From NCBI GenBank assembly GCA_037045155.1, contig JBAOIG010000003.1, forward strand, positions 1,340,111-1,404,110: 64,000 bases of DNA, written 5' to 3'. The stretch is from Thermomicrobiales bacterium. GTDB taxonomy: Bacteria; Chloroflexota; Chloroflexia; Thermomicrobiales; CFX8. Positions within the stretch are counted from its first letter, which is position 1. Every line of letters starts with the position of its first letter. The position numbers and the translations under genes are program-made. The notes under the pieces were generated by a model, which worked only from the letters and a program-made list of their open reading frames with translations, searched no databases and had not been told where the DNA came from. Positions 1-9,326 of this stretch are shown here, piece by piece.

Positions 1-311
1 GTCAGCGCGACCGCCATGACGGCCACTCCTCCGGGGCCATAGCCCTCGTAGAACACGGTCTGGTAATCGAGCCCATCGGCGCTGGCGCCGTTCCCCTTGG
101 CGATCGCCCGCTCGACGGTATCGCCACTCATGCCCTCACGCTTGGCGCGCTCCATCGCGAATCGCAGTCGCACGTTGAGGTCCGGGCTGGGGCCGCTCTC
201 GCGCACCGCGACGTAGATCTCGCGCGCGAGCTTCGAGAAGATCTGACCCTTCTTGTGGTCGTTCGCGGCCTTCTGACGCTTGATCTGAGACCATTTGGAA
301 TGTCCGGCCAT
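1..311 (-). CDS. yebC: YebC/PmpR-family probable transcriptional regulator, N-terminal part (rest lies outside the window)
   Basis: Hand translation of the minus strand from ATG at 311-309 gives MAGHSKWSQIKRQKAANDHKKGQIFSKLAREIYVAVRESGPSPDLNVRLRFAMERAKREGMSGDTVERAI..., the hallmark YebC/TACO1 N-terminus. It is absent from the ORF track because it runs off the window edge. Confidence 0.85.
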   Translation of the reverse strand, partial: MAGHSKWSQIKRQKAANDHKKGQIFSKLAREIYVAVRESGPSPDLNVRLRFAMERAKREGMSGDTVERAIAKGNGASADGLDYQTVFYEGYGPGGVAVMAVAL

Positions 312-412
312 CGCGATCGTCCTCCCTCATCCGGAACGGCGCGGCGCGACGTCTGGAGCCGCATGCCGGCGGGTCGTAAAGCGACCTCCAATTATAGCAA
401 GTCGCGGTCTGC

Positions 413-1696
413 TCAGGCCGGCGCAGGCTGGAGACGGCGACTGGCCGAAGGTCGGCGCTCGTCGATCATCAGGCTGGCGGCGCTGCCGGCCAGCAGCAAG
501 ACAACGCATGGCGCGAGCGCCAGGTTGTACGAGCCGGTCAGGTCATAGGCAAGCCCGCCGGCGAACGCGCCCAGCGCGGCCGCGAGCTGGTGGAACATCG
601 TCGTATAGCCCAGGATCGACCCGACAGCCCGACGCCCGTAGAGATCAATCACAGCGGCTGATACGAGCGCCCCGTTGGCCCGCGAGAGACCGAACATCAC
701 CGCGAACAGATACAGCGCCTCGGTGCTGTGGGCGCCCATGAGAACGACAACCGAGGCGGCGCGTAGCAAATAGAGCCCCGCCAGCAGATGCTTCCGCCCA
801 ATCCGGTCGGAGAGTGACCCGACGATGACGCCGGAGACGAGGCTCGTGCCCCCGACCAGGCCAAGCGCGGTGCCCGCCTGTGTTGCGGAGATGCCCCGGT
901 CGGTCGCCAAGGCGGCGACATGCGTCATGAGCAGGTAGATGGTGAAGCCGCAACCCATGAAGCCGCCGATCAGCAGCCAGAAGGCGCGACTCCGAAAGGC
1001 AGCCTGTGTGTCGCGGCGAATCAGCTCGGCCGCCAAACAGGCGGTCTCGGGCAACTCGCTGACGGCGACGGAATCGTCAGCTTCGTGATGCCCGTCGGGC
1101 GGTTCGGGGCGACGCAGCACGAAGAAGCAGATCGGAACCATCACCAGCGACATCGACCCGATGACGATGAACGATATGCGCCACGAGAAGTTGATGATCA
1201 GCAACGTCGCCAGCGGCAGCAGAACAAGCTGGCCCATGCCAAGGCCGGTTGACGAGACGCTGAGCGCCATACCCCGTCGCTTGACGAACCAGCGCGCCAG
1301 CAGCGCCGCATTCGTGGACTGCCCCGCGACGCCAAATCCCAGACCAATGACGCCACCGTAGATGAGGTAGGCGTACCAGAGGCTCGAGGTGAACGCCATC
1401 AGGATCATGCCGATACCATTGAGCAGCGCGCCGACCGTCAGCACCAGCCGCGGGCCGTAACGGTCCGCCAGCCGGCCGGCAAACGGTGGCACGAGCGCCG
1501 AGACAATGGCGAAGAGCGACATCGCCAGCGCAAACGACGACCTGTCCCATCCGAAATCCTCGGTCATCGGCTTGAGGAAGATCCCGAACGCCTGCGACAG
1601 GCCGGCCGTGAAGAACATCAGCATCCAGGAAACGAGCAGAATCACCCAGCCGTAGTAGAATCCGCTCGCCGGCTTGCGCGTCGTATCTGACCCCAC
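413..1696 (-). CDS. MFS transporter
   Basis: 427-aa ORF with about 12 hydrophobic segments. It has the typical MFS loop motif GRLADRYGPR and a central hydrophilic loop. Confidence 0.8.
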   Translation of the reverse strand: MGSDTTRKPASGFYYGWVILLVSWMLMFFTAGLSQAFGIFLKPMTEDFGWDRSSFALAMSLFAIVSALVPPFAGRLADRYGPRLVLTVGALLNGIGMILMAFTSSLWYAYLIYGGVIGLGFGVAGQSTNAALLARWFVKRRGMALSVSSTGLGMGQLVLLPLATLLIINFSWRISFIVIGSMSLVMVPICFFVLRRPEPPDGHHEADDSVAVSELPETACLAAELIRRDTQAAFRSRAFWLLIGGFMGCGFTIYLLMTHVAALATDRGISATQAGTALGLVGGTSLVSGVIVGSLSDRIGRKHLLAGLYLLRAASVVVLMGAHSTEALYLFAVMFGLSRANGALVSAAVIDLYGRRAVGSILGYTTMFHQLAAALGAFAGGLAYDLTGSYNLALAPCVVLLLAGSAASLMIDERRPSASRRLQPAPA

Positions 1697-1789
1697 TATT
1701 CCCCCCGCGTTTCGGCGATACTTTCGAAGAGGTGTAGCACGGAGCGCCGCGCGCTGTCGAGCCTGGCCAGACCATGGAGGAGAAGCCCG

Positions 1790-2215
1790 ATGTCAGACAC
1801 GCCTGTGAGCAACCCCAAGCCCGCTATTGATGAGATCGCCAAGCTGACTGCGCCGAACGAATTTCGGCTGGCGATTACGATGGATCCGTTTTCGAGCACA
1901 TACACCTTTGACTATGACGCCTATCGCGGCGCGCCGATCGACCCCGCCTCGACCTGCCTCGGTGGCTCGATCGTGCCACTCAGCGGCTATTACATCGATA
2001 TCTCCGGCGCCGTGATCGATTTCTACAACGAGGGCGAACTCTTCCCCCACCTCGGCCCGGGCGAAGGCAGCGGCCACTACGTCTTCCTGACCGATCGACG
2101 GTCTGCCACTGTCTCCGACCTGCGCTTCATGGCGCTTCGGCGGGGATGGGCGGGCAACGTGCGCGAGCTGCACAGCTTCTGGGCCGGCCGGCCGCGCCAG
2201 TTGCACGTCCGCTAG
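1790..2215 (+). CDS. hypothetical protein
   Basis: 141-aa ORF with non-repetitive composition, in an intergenic-sized gap. No motif recognised. Confidence 0.35.
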   Translation: MSDTPVSNPKPAIDEIAKLTAPNEFRLAITMDPFSSTYTFDYDAYRGAPIDPASTCLGGSIVPLSGYYIDISGAVIDFYNEGELFPHLGPGEGSGHYVFLTDRRSATVSDLRFMALRRGWAGNVRELHSFWAGRPRQLHVR

Positions 2216-2243
2216 CTGCTCGTTGGCCGACGGTGTTCGGCGC

Positions 2244-3026
2244 TCAGTCTCCCCCACCGTATGCCTGGTGAGCGCGGACTGTTGCGACGAGCACCTGGTC
2301 CATAAAGTGGGTGAGATCGCCCGAAATGCGCGATGCGCGCTGGCTCGACAGATGCTCGTCGAGGATCTGGCCAGAAACCGTCTGAATCACTGGTGTGCGA
2401 AAGAAGAGAAACGCCTCCAGCGCGTCAGCGGTCGAAAGACCAACTCGCGCCGAGTAGTAGCCATATTCCCGCCCCAGATCACGCCCCTCATCGAGGAGGG
2501 ATTCGCGGTCGCCGCGGCCGCTGATATAGCGGATGGTGAGGTCGACCATGCGCCTCCCGAGCGGACGCATCTCATCGAGCGTGCGCGGGTCATAGGCGCG
2601 ATACCAGGCCCGGGTGCGGGCCTGCGCAAGGTAGTCGTGCTCGTAGGCCGACATCGAGCGATTGGTCAACACCCGTCGGTTGATGCCACTACGCTGCGGG
2701 TCGCCGGTAACGATCGCCTTCAGATCATCCTCGGCATAGCGTCGGTGGCCGCCGGGGGTGCGAAACACCGGCACCTTGCCACTGTCAGACCAGCGCCGAA
2801 GCGTGGATGGATCGACACCAAGCATCTGGCAGGCCTGGTCAATCGAGAGCCAGCGTGAGCCAACCGAGGCCGGTTGATCGGCCGGCGGGCTAGCGTCGCG
2901 GCGCGGACGCGCCTGCTGCGTTGTCGTCTCGTCGTCGGGGATCGGGAGATCGGCGTCGTAGGCAGAAGAGAAGGCGGTCATGTGCGCTCCAGACGCTGAC
3001 GCAGATATATCCACGCACCGCTGCAC
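2244..3026 (-). CDS. MerR/excisionase-type HTH transcriptional regulator with an uncharacterised C-terminal domain
   Basis: Segment WLSIDQACQMLGVDPSTLRRWSDSGKVPVFRTPGGHRRYAEDDL is a classic MerR-superfamily HTH. The start is uncertain (alternative ATG at 2981). Confidence 0.6.
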   Translation of the reverse strand: MQRCVDISASASGAHMTAFSSAYDADLPIPDDETTTQQARPRRDASPPADQPASVGSRWLSIDQACQMLGVDPSTLRRWSDSGKVPVFRTPGGHRRYAEDDLKAIVTGDPQRSGINRRVLTNRSMSAYEHDYLAQARTRAWYRAYDPRTLDEMRPLGRRMVDLTIRYISGRGDRESLLDEGRDLGREYGYYSARVGLSTADALEAFLFFRTPVIQTVSGQILDEHLSSQRASRISGDLTHFMDQVLVATVRAHQAYGGGD

Positions 3027-3101
3027 AATTGGGTACTGTCCGAGCGCGCATTGTCAACCCGCTATCCGGGTCTGTCAATGCCGTGGGAGGGAGCGAAGGT
3101 G

Positions 3102-3422
3102 ATGATGCCGCCGTTGACCGTTGTTCAGGCTCAGGTAGACGAGTGGGCCGCCCGCTACTGGAATGGCCAATACTGGCCGCCGCTCGCCAATCTCGCCCGG
3201 CTGGTCGAGGAGGTCGGGGAGGTTGCGCGCGCCGTCAATCAGGTGCACGGCCCCAAACGTGTGAAGCCCGACGAGGAGCAGGCCGAGATTGGCGGCGAGC
3301 TGGCCGATGCCCTGTTCACGCTCGTCTGCATCGCCAATAGCACCGGGGTCGATCTCCAGCGGGCGTTCGACGCTGCCCTGGAGAAGTACCAGGTCCGTGA
3401 CGAAGGACGATCGATCAGCTAG
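3102..3422 (+). CDS. MazG-like nucleotide pyrophosphohydrolase
   Basis: LARLVEEVGEVARAV ... IGGELADALFTLVCIAN matches the EExxE/ExxD helices of the MazG family. GGAGGG lies upstream of the ATG at 3102; the ORF is open from 3051. Confidence 0.7.
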   Translation: MMPPLTVVQAQVDEWAARYWNGQYWPPLANLARLVEEVGEVARAVNQVHGPKRVKPDEEQAEIGGELADALFTLVCIANSTGVDLQRAFDAALEKYQVRDEGRSIS

Positions 3423-3637
3423 AAATACGAGCCGATGTTGTGCAGGATAGACTCGCCGCCATCGACCACCATGATCGAGCCCGAGCAGAATGAGGCATCG
3501 TCGCTGGCCAGGTAAACTGCCATACCCGCCATCTCGTCTGGCTGAGCCTGACGCCCGATCGGCTGCATCGCTGCCTTCGCCTCGCGGGCGACGATCCCGG
3601 CGCAGCCCTCGATGTCCACTGACAGGTAGATCTTCAT
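3419..3637 (-). pseudogene. 72-aa remnant ORF: SDR C-terminal fragment preceded by a DppA-like N-terminal stub
   Basis: [16 protein letters not shown] resembles the N-terminus of D-aminopeptidase DppA (M55). MQPIGRQAQPDEMAGMAVYLASDDASFCSGSIMVVDGG is the canonical C-terminus of short-chain dehydrogenases. It is too short to be either enzyme. Confidence 0.4.
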
Positions 3638-3716
3638 TCTCATGCTCCTCTTCCGCTCCCCGATCGAAGTCGCTAGGGCATCATACGGGCAGGACGCGCA
3701 ATCCGGAGGAGGGACG

Positions 3717-4205
3717 ATGAACGACGAGCAGCGGTTGACGCATTTCGACGCAGCCGGCCGCGCGCGGATGGTCGATGTCGGCGAGAAGGCGGAGACTCGC
3801 CGGATCGCGGTCGCTCGCGGCCGCGTGGTGATGCAACCAGAAACGCTTCGACTCATCATCGAGGGTCGCGCCAGCAAAGGTGATGTCCTCGGCGTCGCAC
3901 AGGTGGCGGCGATCATGGGCGCCAAGCGGACAGCCGACCTGGTGCCGATGTGTCATCCATTGCCGATCACGTCGGTGGAGGTCGCCCTGACCCCGGACGA
4001 GGCCGGTCCGGCGGTCGAGATCGAGGCGCGGGTCGAGACGCGCGGCAAGACCGGCGTGGAGATGGAGGCGCTCACCGCCGTCACCGTCGCGGCGCTTACC
4101 GTCTACGATATGGTCAAGGCAGTCGATCGGGGAATGCGGATCGAGGGCGTCCGGCTGATTCACAAGAGCGGCGGACGTAGCGGCGAATGGAACGCGCCGG
4201 AGTAG
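3717..4205 (+). CDS. moaC: cyclic pyranopterin monophosphate synthase MoaC
   Basis: [18 protein letters not shown]...[11 protein letters not shown] and [25 protein letters not shown] are the conserved MoaC blocks. Confidence 0.9.
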   Translation: MNDEQRLTHFDAAGRARMVDVGEKAETRRIAVARGRVVMQPETLRLIIEGRASKGDVLGVAQVAAIMGAKRTADLVPMCHPLPITSVEVALTPDEAGPAVEIEARVETRGKTGVEMEALTAVTVAALTVYDMVKAVDRGMRIEGVRLIHKSGGRSGEWNAPE

Positions 4206-4303
4206 ACTGTTGCGGGTGCGGCGTGCGACCGACGGCGGTGGCGACAGTCTGGCGACTAGCCGCGTGACGCCGTCCAGATGCCGGCCAACCATGTTGAATC
4301 GAG

Positions 4304-5131
4304 GTGCTGGTGCCACTACCGCAATACACGTGCGCGCGCTACGTCGTCCCGCTCCGCGAGGGGGGATCGCTTCCCGCCGTCGTCGATACCGTCGAGGACG
4401 GACAATACGTCGTCAAGCTGCGCGGCGCTGGGCAGGGAGAACGCGCCCTCATCGCCGAGGTGATCGTTGCCGAACTGAGTCATGCTCTGGGGCTGCCGAC
4501 GCCCGACGCAGCCATCCTCGAATTGGGCGAGGGGTTTGGCAAGGGCGAGCCGGATCCAGAGATCCAGGACGTCCTGCGGTGGAGTGTCGGCCTCAACTTC
4601 GGGTTGCGCTGGCTGCCGGGCGCGCTGCCGTTTGACCCGGCAGTCGACACAAACCTGTCGCCCGATCTCGCGGCCGAGATCGTCTGGCTCGACGCCTGGC
4701 TGACCAACATCGATCGGACACCGCGCAACCCCAACCTGCTCGTCTGGCAGGATCAGCTCTGGATGATCGACCATGGCGCCGCACTCTACATCCACCACAG
4801 CTGGGCGGGCTGGGAGGAACGCGTCCAGTCGCCGTTCCCGCAGATCAAGGATCACATCCTCCTGCCGGCGGCCGGCGATCTTCGCGCTGCCGACGAGCGC
4901 CTGCGTCCGCACGTAACGCCCGAGGTTCTGCGCGCGGCGGTCGCATCCATACCGGATGTATGGCTCGCGGGCGACGCGCAGTTCGCGACCGTGGCAGCGC
5001 ACCGTGAGCGCTACGTCACCTATCTCGACGCGCGCCTGAACGGACCGCGCGCCTGGCTACAGGAGGCGATCGATGCGAGAGAGCGCGGACCGGAGCGCTA
5101 CCAGCCACGGCTCACCCACCGGGTGGTATAG
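4304..5131 (+). CDS. HipA-like kinase-fold protein (family usually paired with DUF3037)
   Basis: 275 aa. WLTNIDRTPRNPNLLVW..LWMIDHGAAL resembles the catalytic-loop/DxG region of HipA-like kinases. It is immediately followed by, and overlaps, a DUF3037-like gene. Confidence 0.55.
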   Translation: MLVPLPQYTCARYVVPLREGGSLPAVVDTVEDGQYVVKLRGAGQGERALIAEVIVAELSHALGLPTPDAAILELGEGFGKGEPDPEIQDVLRWSVGLNFGLRWLPGALPFDPAVDTNLSPDLAAEIVWLDAWLTNIDRTPRNPNLLVWQDQLWMIDHGAALYIHHSWAGWEERVQSPFPQIKDHILLPAAGDLRAADERLRPHVTPEVLRAAVASIPDVWLAGDAQFATVAAHRERYVTYLDARLNGPRAWLQEAIDARERGPERYQPRLTHRVV

Positions 5132-5537
5132 CTACGCCATCGTCCGCGTCGTCCCGCGCGTCGAGCGCGGCGAATGCGTGAACGTCGGCATCATCCTGTT
5201 CGCGCGCGAGCAAGGCTACCTGGCAGCGCGGATCGAGCTGGACGCCGAGCGGCTGAGGGCGCTCGACCCGGCCGCCGATCTATCGCTGATCGAACGCCAC
5301 CTGGCGACGTTCCAGGCGATCGCGAGCGGAGACGCCACGGCGGGTGGCCCGATGGCCGGGTGGCCGCCCTCCGAACGGTTTCACTGGCTGACTGCGCCGC
5401 GCAGTACCATCATCCAGACCTCTCCGGTGCACGTCGGCACAACCGATAACCCGGAGGCGGTAGTTGAAACATTGCTCGATGAGCTCGTCCGCCGGAGCCA
5501 CCACGACGGACGGACAGCACATAACGGAGGACAATGA
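5073..5537 (+). CDS. DUF3037 domain protein
   Basis: YSYAIVRVVPRVERGECVNVGIILFAREQGYLAARIELD is the characteristic DUF3037 N-terminal block. The start is uncertain and overlaps the upstream gene by up to 59 nt. Confidence 0.6.
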   Translation: MRESADRSATSHGSPTGWYSYAIVRVVPRVERGECVNVGIILFAREQGYLAARIELDAERLRALDPAADLSLIERHLATFQAIASGDATAGGPMAGWPPSERFHWLTAPRSTIIQTSPVHVGTTDNPEAVVETLLDELVRRSHHDGRTAHNGGQ

Positions 5538-5538
5538 C

Positions 5539-6384
5539 ATGATTCGACGATCCCCCCTGCGGCCGGATCCCAACGCGCTCTATGCCGACTGGGCGACAAT
5601 CGTTGCGGCCGAAAAGGAGCAGGTCGAACGGCTGCGTGAGTGGCAGGAAGCCGATTATTACGCCCCGGTCGCTCACCATTTTCTGGACGATCCTCGCCGC
5701 CAGGGTGACCCGGTGCTGGACGCGCTGTTCGGCCTTGGCGGCCCGGGGACGCGCTGGCTCGATGTCGGCGCCGGGGGCGGACGCTACGCGCTGCCACTAG
5801 CCGCCTCTGGCCGGCCCGTCGTCGCGGTCGAGCCAAGCCCGGCGATGCGTGAGGTGCTTGACCAGGGCATGAGTCAGTACGACATCGGGGATATTGAAGT
5901 CATCCCCGGGCGCTGGCCAGCCTCGGCTGGTGGTATCGAGGTCGATGCCGCGCTGATGGCCCACGTTGGCTACGATCTGCCTGATATCGGCGACTTCCTC
6001 GATGCGTTCGAGGGCGCGACGCGCCACTGGTGCTGTGCGGTGACGATGGATCGCGCGCCATCGGGCGGCTTCGTCGACCTGTGGGAGGAAATCCACGGCG
6101 AGGAGCGGTATGTCCTGCCAGCCATGTGCGAGCTATTGCACGTGCTGCTGGCTCGCGGCGCAACGCCGGAAGTGCGCATCCTCGAGCGTCACATGCGGAT
6201 GATGGACGAGAACGACCTGCGCGATAGCGCGCGGCGACGGCTCTGGCTCAGCGAGGGCTCCGAGAAGGACCAGCAACTGCAACGCAAGCTCGACGGGATG
6301 CTGGCACGAGGCGATCGCGACTGGGGATTCCCACGCGCGGTCGCGATGATCATCTGGCAGCCGCCGTCCGCTAGCCGGCAGTAG
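5539..6384 (+). CDS. class I SAM-dependent methyltransferase
   Basis: Motif I WLDVGAGGGRYALPLA followed by VVAVEPSPAM. GGAGG lies 8 nt upstream of the ATG at 5539. Confidence 0.7.
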   Translation: MIRRSPLRPDPNALYADWATIVAAEKEQVERLREWQEADYYAPVAHHFLDDPRRQGDPVLDALFGLGGPGTRWLDVGAGGGRYALPLAASGRPVVAVEPSPAMREVLDQGMSQYDIGDIEVIPGRWPASAGGIEVDAALMAHVGYDLPDIGDFLDAFEGATRHWCCAVTMDRAPSGGFVDLWEEIHGEERYVLPAMCELLHVLLARGATPEVRILERHMRMMDENDLRDSARRRLWLSEGSEKDQQLQRKLDGMLARGDRDWGFPRAVAMIIWQPPSASRQ

Positions 6385-6395
6385 AGGGAGGGACG

Positions 6396-6869
6396 ATGCG
6401 GATCGAGCAACGTCTGACAGAGATGGGACTGGTCCTGCCGCCACAAGTGCCAGTCGCGCTCCCCTTCCCCTGGGTGCGGGTCCACGAGAATCGCGCATTC
6501 ATCTCCGGCCACGGCCCACAGTTGCCGGACGGCGCTCTGGCCGGCCCGTTCGGCAAGGTCGGTGATGATCTGACGTTGGAGCAGGGCTACCAGGCATCGC
6601 GGTTGACTGCGCTCGCGATACTCGGCAGCCTCCAGCGCGCCATCGGCGACCTCGATCGGGTGACCGCGTGGCTACGCGTGTTTGGAATGGTGAACGTCGC
6701 GCCCGGCTTCAACAACACTCCCGCTGTCATCAACGGATTTTCCGATCTGATCCTCGAGCTCTGGGGAGGCGAGGTCGGCCAGCACGCCCGCTCCGCCGTC
6801 GGCATGGCCGCCCTGCCCTTCGATATCCCGGTCGAGATCGAGGCGGAGGTTGAGATCGACGGGGGGTGA
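6396..6869 (+). CDS. RidA/YjgF-family protein
   Basis: 157 aa. FISGHGP, the C-terminal ARSAVGMAALPFDIPVEIEAEVEI and the overall size are typical of RidA-family proteins. Confidence 0.75.
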   Translation: MRIEQRLTEMGLVLPPQVPVALPFPWVRVHENRAFISGHGPQLPDGALAGPFGKVGDDLTLEQGYQASRLTALAILGSLQRAIGDLDRVTAWLRVFGMVNVAPGFNNTPAVINGFSDLILELWGGEVGQHARSAVGMAALPFDIPVEIEAEVEIDGG

Positions 6870-7106
6870 TGTGGAAGAGATGGCCACCGGCGTGCCGTCG
6901 ATAACGCGAGCGCGGTCTGGACGGCGTCCTCGCCGTGCTCGCGCCGAGCCAGCGGCCATCGACGTGTCACCCGTAGGCCATATACTGCGGCAGAGAGCAT
7001 AGCGGTCGAGTAGCGAACGACGGGCCGAGCGCTGACCGCCCAACTCGATCGGTGGCGCAAGGGGTTCTGAACGCAACTGCACGCAGCGCCGGCACAAGGA
7101 GACACC

Positions 7107-7883
7107 ATGAATATCTCTGCCGCTGATCTTCAGGTGATTGTTACTGCTGGGGCGGCCGGCATCGGCCTTGCCATCGCCACCACCTTCGCGGATGCCGGCG
7201 CCCGCGTCTTTGTGTGCGACATTGACCGCGACGCGCTCAGCGCGCTGCATTCCGCCCGTTCAGATATTGGAGTCGCGTACGCAGACGTGTCGAACCCTGA
7301 TGACGTCGAGGCGATGTTCGGAGAAGCGCTCGCATTCCTTGGGGGGATGAACGTCCTGGTCAACAATGCCGGCATCGCTGGACCGACAGCGCCAATTGAA
7401 GACATCAGCATTGACGAGTGGAACAGGACGGTCGCCATCGACCTGAACGGCATGTTCTACTGCACCCGTCTGGCCGTTCCGTTCCTGAAGACGGCGGGCG
7501 GCGGGAGCATCATCAACCTCTCGTCGATCGGCGGCCGGCTGGGCTATCCGCTCCGGACGCCCTACGCCGCCGCTAAATGGGGTGTGGTGGGATTGACCAA
7601 GAGCCTCGCCATCGAACTCGGACCGTTTAACGTGCGCGTCAATGCCATTCAACCGGGCGTCGTGGAAGGACAACGCATCGACCAGGTCGTTGCTGCGCGA
7701 GCGGCGATGCGCGGAATCGACGTTGACGAGGCGATGAAGCGGTTTCTAGCGCCGATCTCCCTTGGCCGCATGGTGAGCGCCCAGGACATCGCGAACATGG
7801 CCTTGTTCCTTGCAAGCCCAGCGGGCGCGAGCATCTCCGGGCAAGCGCTGTCGGTGTGCGGAGATCACGGCTACATGGCGTAG
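7107..7883 (+). CDS. SDR-family oxidoreductase
   Basis: TGAAAGIGLA (TGxxxGxG), NNAG, S...YAAAKWGV (YxxxK) and PG..EG motifs. AAGGAG RBS. Confidence 0.85.
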   Translation: MNISAADLQVIVTAGAAGIGLAIATTFADAGARVFVCDIDRDALSALHSARSDIGVAYADVSNPDDVEAMFGEALAFLGGMNVLVNNAGIAGPTAPIEDISIDEWNRTVAIDLNGMFYCTRLAVPFLKTAGGGSIINLSSIGGRLGYPLRTPYAAAKWGVVGLTKSLAIELGPFNVRVNAIQPGVVEGQRIDQVVAARAAMRGIDVDEAMKRFLAPISLGRMVSAQDIANMALFLASPAGASISGQALSVCGDHGYMA

Positions 7884-8125
7884 TCCCGGCCTCAGGCGAC
7901 CAGCGGCGGTGGCCCGTCATGTAGCGGCGTGGATAGCCCGCCAACTGATGCTGACGGTGACAGTGTCGATTCTCAGGCCAGCCCCAGCCTCCTGTGCCGC
8001 AGCCTGTCTCTCGGTGACCAGCGTTATCGCGACGGCCCCGTGACGGGTGGATGATCCGAACGGACCCTGTCTACGACGTTCCCGGCGTTCTCTGTCGTCC
8101 CAATAACCGGAATATGACGATTCTC

Positions 8126-8713
8126 CTACGTCTGCTCCCGCGCGGCCAGCGAAACACGCCAGGCGTCGCGGGCGACGACCCACTCGTCGCGCAGCAGGTC
8201 GAACAGCAGCGCGTCGCGGTGAACGCCGTGCTTGACATCCTCCCACTTCAACCGGCCGGCCGGCCGATACCCCTGCTTCTGAACCGCGGACGCCGAGCGC
8301 ACGTTCGGCTCCCAGACGTAGGAGTTGAGCGCGTGCAGCTGCAAGTGGTCGAAGGCGTACTCCAGCAGCAGGTGCTTCGCCTCGGTGCCATACCCCTGTC
8401 CACGGTAGGCCGGGTCGTAGATCCAGGCGCCGGTCTCGGCGGTGCGGTTGATCCAATCGATATCGAAGAGCTGAAACGCGCCAATCAGGGCGTCGCCCGC
8501 CTTCGCGCAGGCCGTGAGCCAGACTTCCGACGGCGGTTGCTGCTTGAAGATGTCGTCGATCAGCGCGTCGAAGGCCAACGGACTGAACGGGACGCGGCCG
8601 CGTTCCATGAACGTCTCCGGCTCGGTCGCCTGAAAGCGCGCGAGATCCCCGCCGTCCTCCTTCTCGCTGGGCCGCAGATAGAGCCGTGGCCCGACCACGA
8701 GCGCGTTACGCAT
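8126..8713 (-). CDS. GNAT-family N-acetyltransferase (RimJ/RimL-like)
   Basis: YRGQGYGTEAKHLLLEYAFDHLQLHALNSYVWEPNVRSASAVQKQGY is the acetyl-CoA-binding core. Its ATG overlaps the stop of the upstream GNAT (ATGCGTAA). Confidence 0.8.
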   Translation of the reverse strand: MRNALVVGPRLYLRPSEKEDGGDLARFQATEPETFMERGRVPFSPLAFDALIDDIFKQQPPSEVWLTACAKAGDALIGAFQLFDIDWINRTAETGAWIYDPAYRGQGYGTEAKHLLLEYAFDHLQLHALNSYVWEPNVRSASAVQKQGYRPAGRLKWEDVKHGVHRDALLFDLLRDEWVVARDAWRVSLAAREQT

Positions 8714-9260
8714 TGCCGGCCTCCTCGTCCTCGAACCGCCAGAGGCGATTGACCTTCTGATAATAGAGCTTGTCAGTTCGCCCCGAGGGCCGGGCAAAGT
8801 GCTGTCGTAGCCGGCCAGTCTGGTCCATGCCAGCCGCCTCGGCCGCGGCGATCCCCTCCCGGTCGTCGGCGGCCAACTCCAGCGTCGTTACCAGCATCTC
8901 GCGCTCCTCATGGAGCCAGGGAACGATGACACGGATCGCATCGGCGCGGATTGCCCCGGCATCCTCGACCCACGGCGCAATATGCAACGCCACCGACGCA
9001 TGCCGAGCGTCACTCCAGATCCTGGCCGATCCGACGATCTCGTCGTCGCTCGCTTCAGGTGTCGCCGCGCCTTCGATCCGCACCAACGCGTAATGCGCCT
9101 CACGCGACCAGAAGCTCTTGTGCTTCTCCTTCAGCCATTCCTCCGCTCGGGAGGCGTCGATCGGATATGGGGATGGGTGCCACGCGCTTGCAACCGCCTT
9201 GTCGCCCATGACGAGAGGCCGGAACGCGACCACAGTGCCTGTCAGGTAGCTCACGCGCAT
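8706..9260 (-). CDS. GNAT-family N-acetyltransferase (divergent)
   Basis: Same architecture as its neighbour, to which it is translationally coupled. AGGAG lies upstream of the ATG at 9260; the ORF is open to 9308. Confidence 0.6.
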   Translation of the reverse strand: MRVSYLTGTVVAFRPLVMGDKAVASAWHPSPYPIDASRAEEWLKEKHKSFWSREAHYALVRIEGAATPEASDDEIVGSARIWSDARHASVALHIAPWVEDAGAIRADAIRVIVPWLHEEREMLVTTLELAADDREGIAAAEAAGMDQTGRLRQHFARPSGRTDKLYYQKVNRLWRFEDEEAGNA

Positions 9261-9326
9261 CGGGGAGATGCTCCTGGTTCTTTCTCGCTTCATCGTTACC
9301 AAACCCATCGAGTATAGCGGCCCCGC

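Noticed and set aside
7884-8125. Small ORFs in the SDR-GNAT spacer (7810-8043, 7917-8456)
   Set aside because: They have no motif, overlap convergent gene ends, and have the composition typical of non-coding GC-rich frames.
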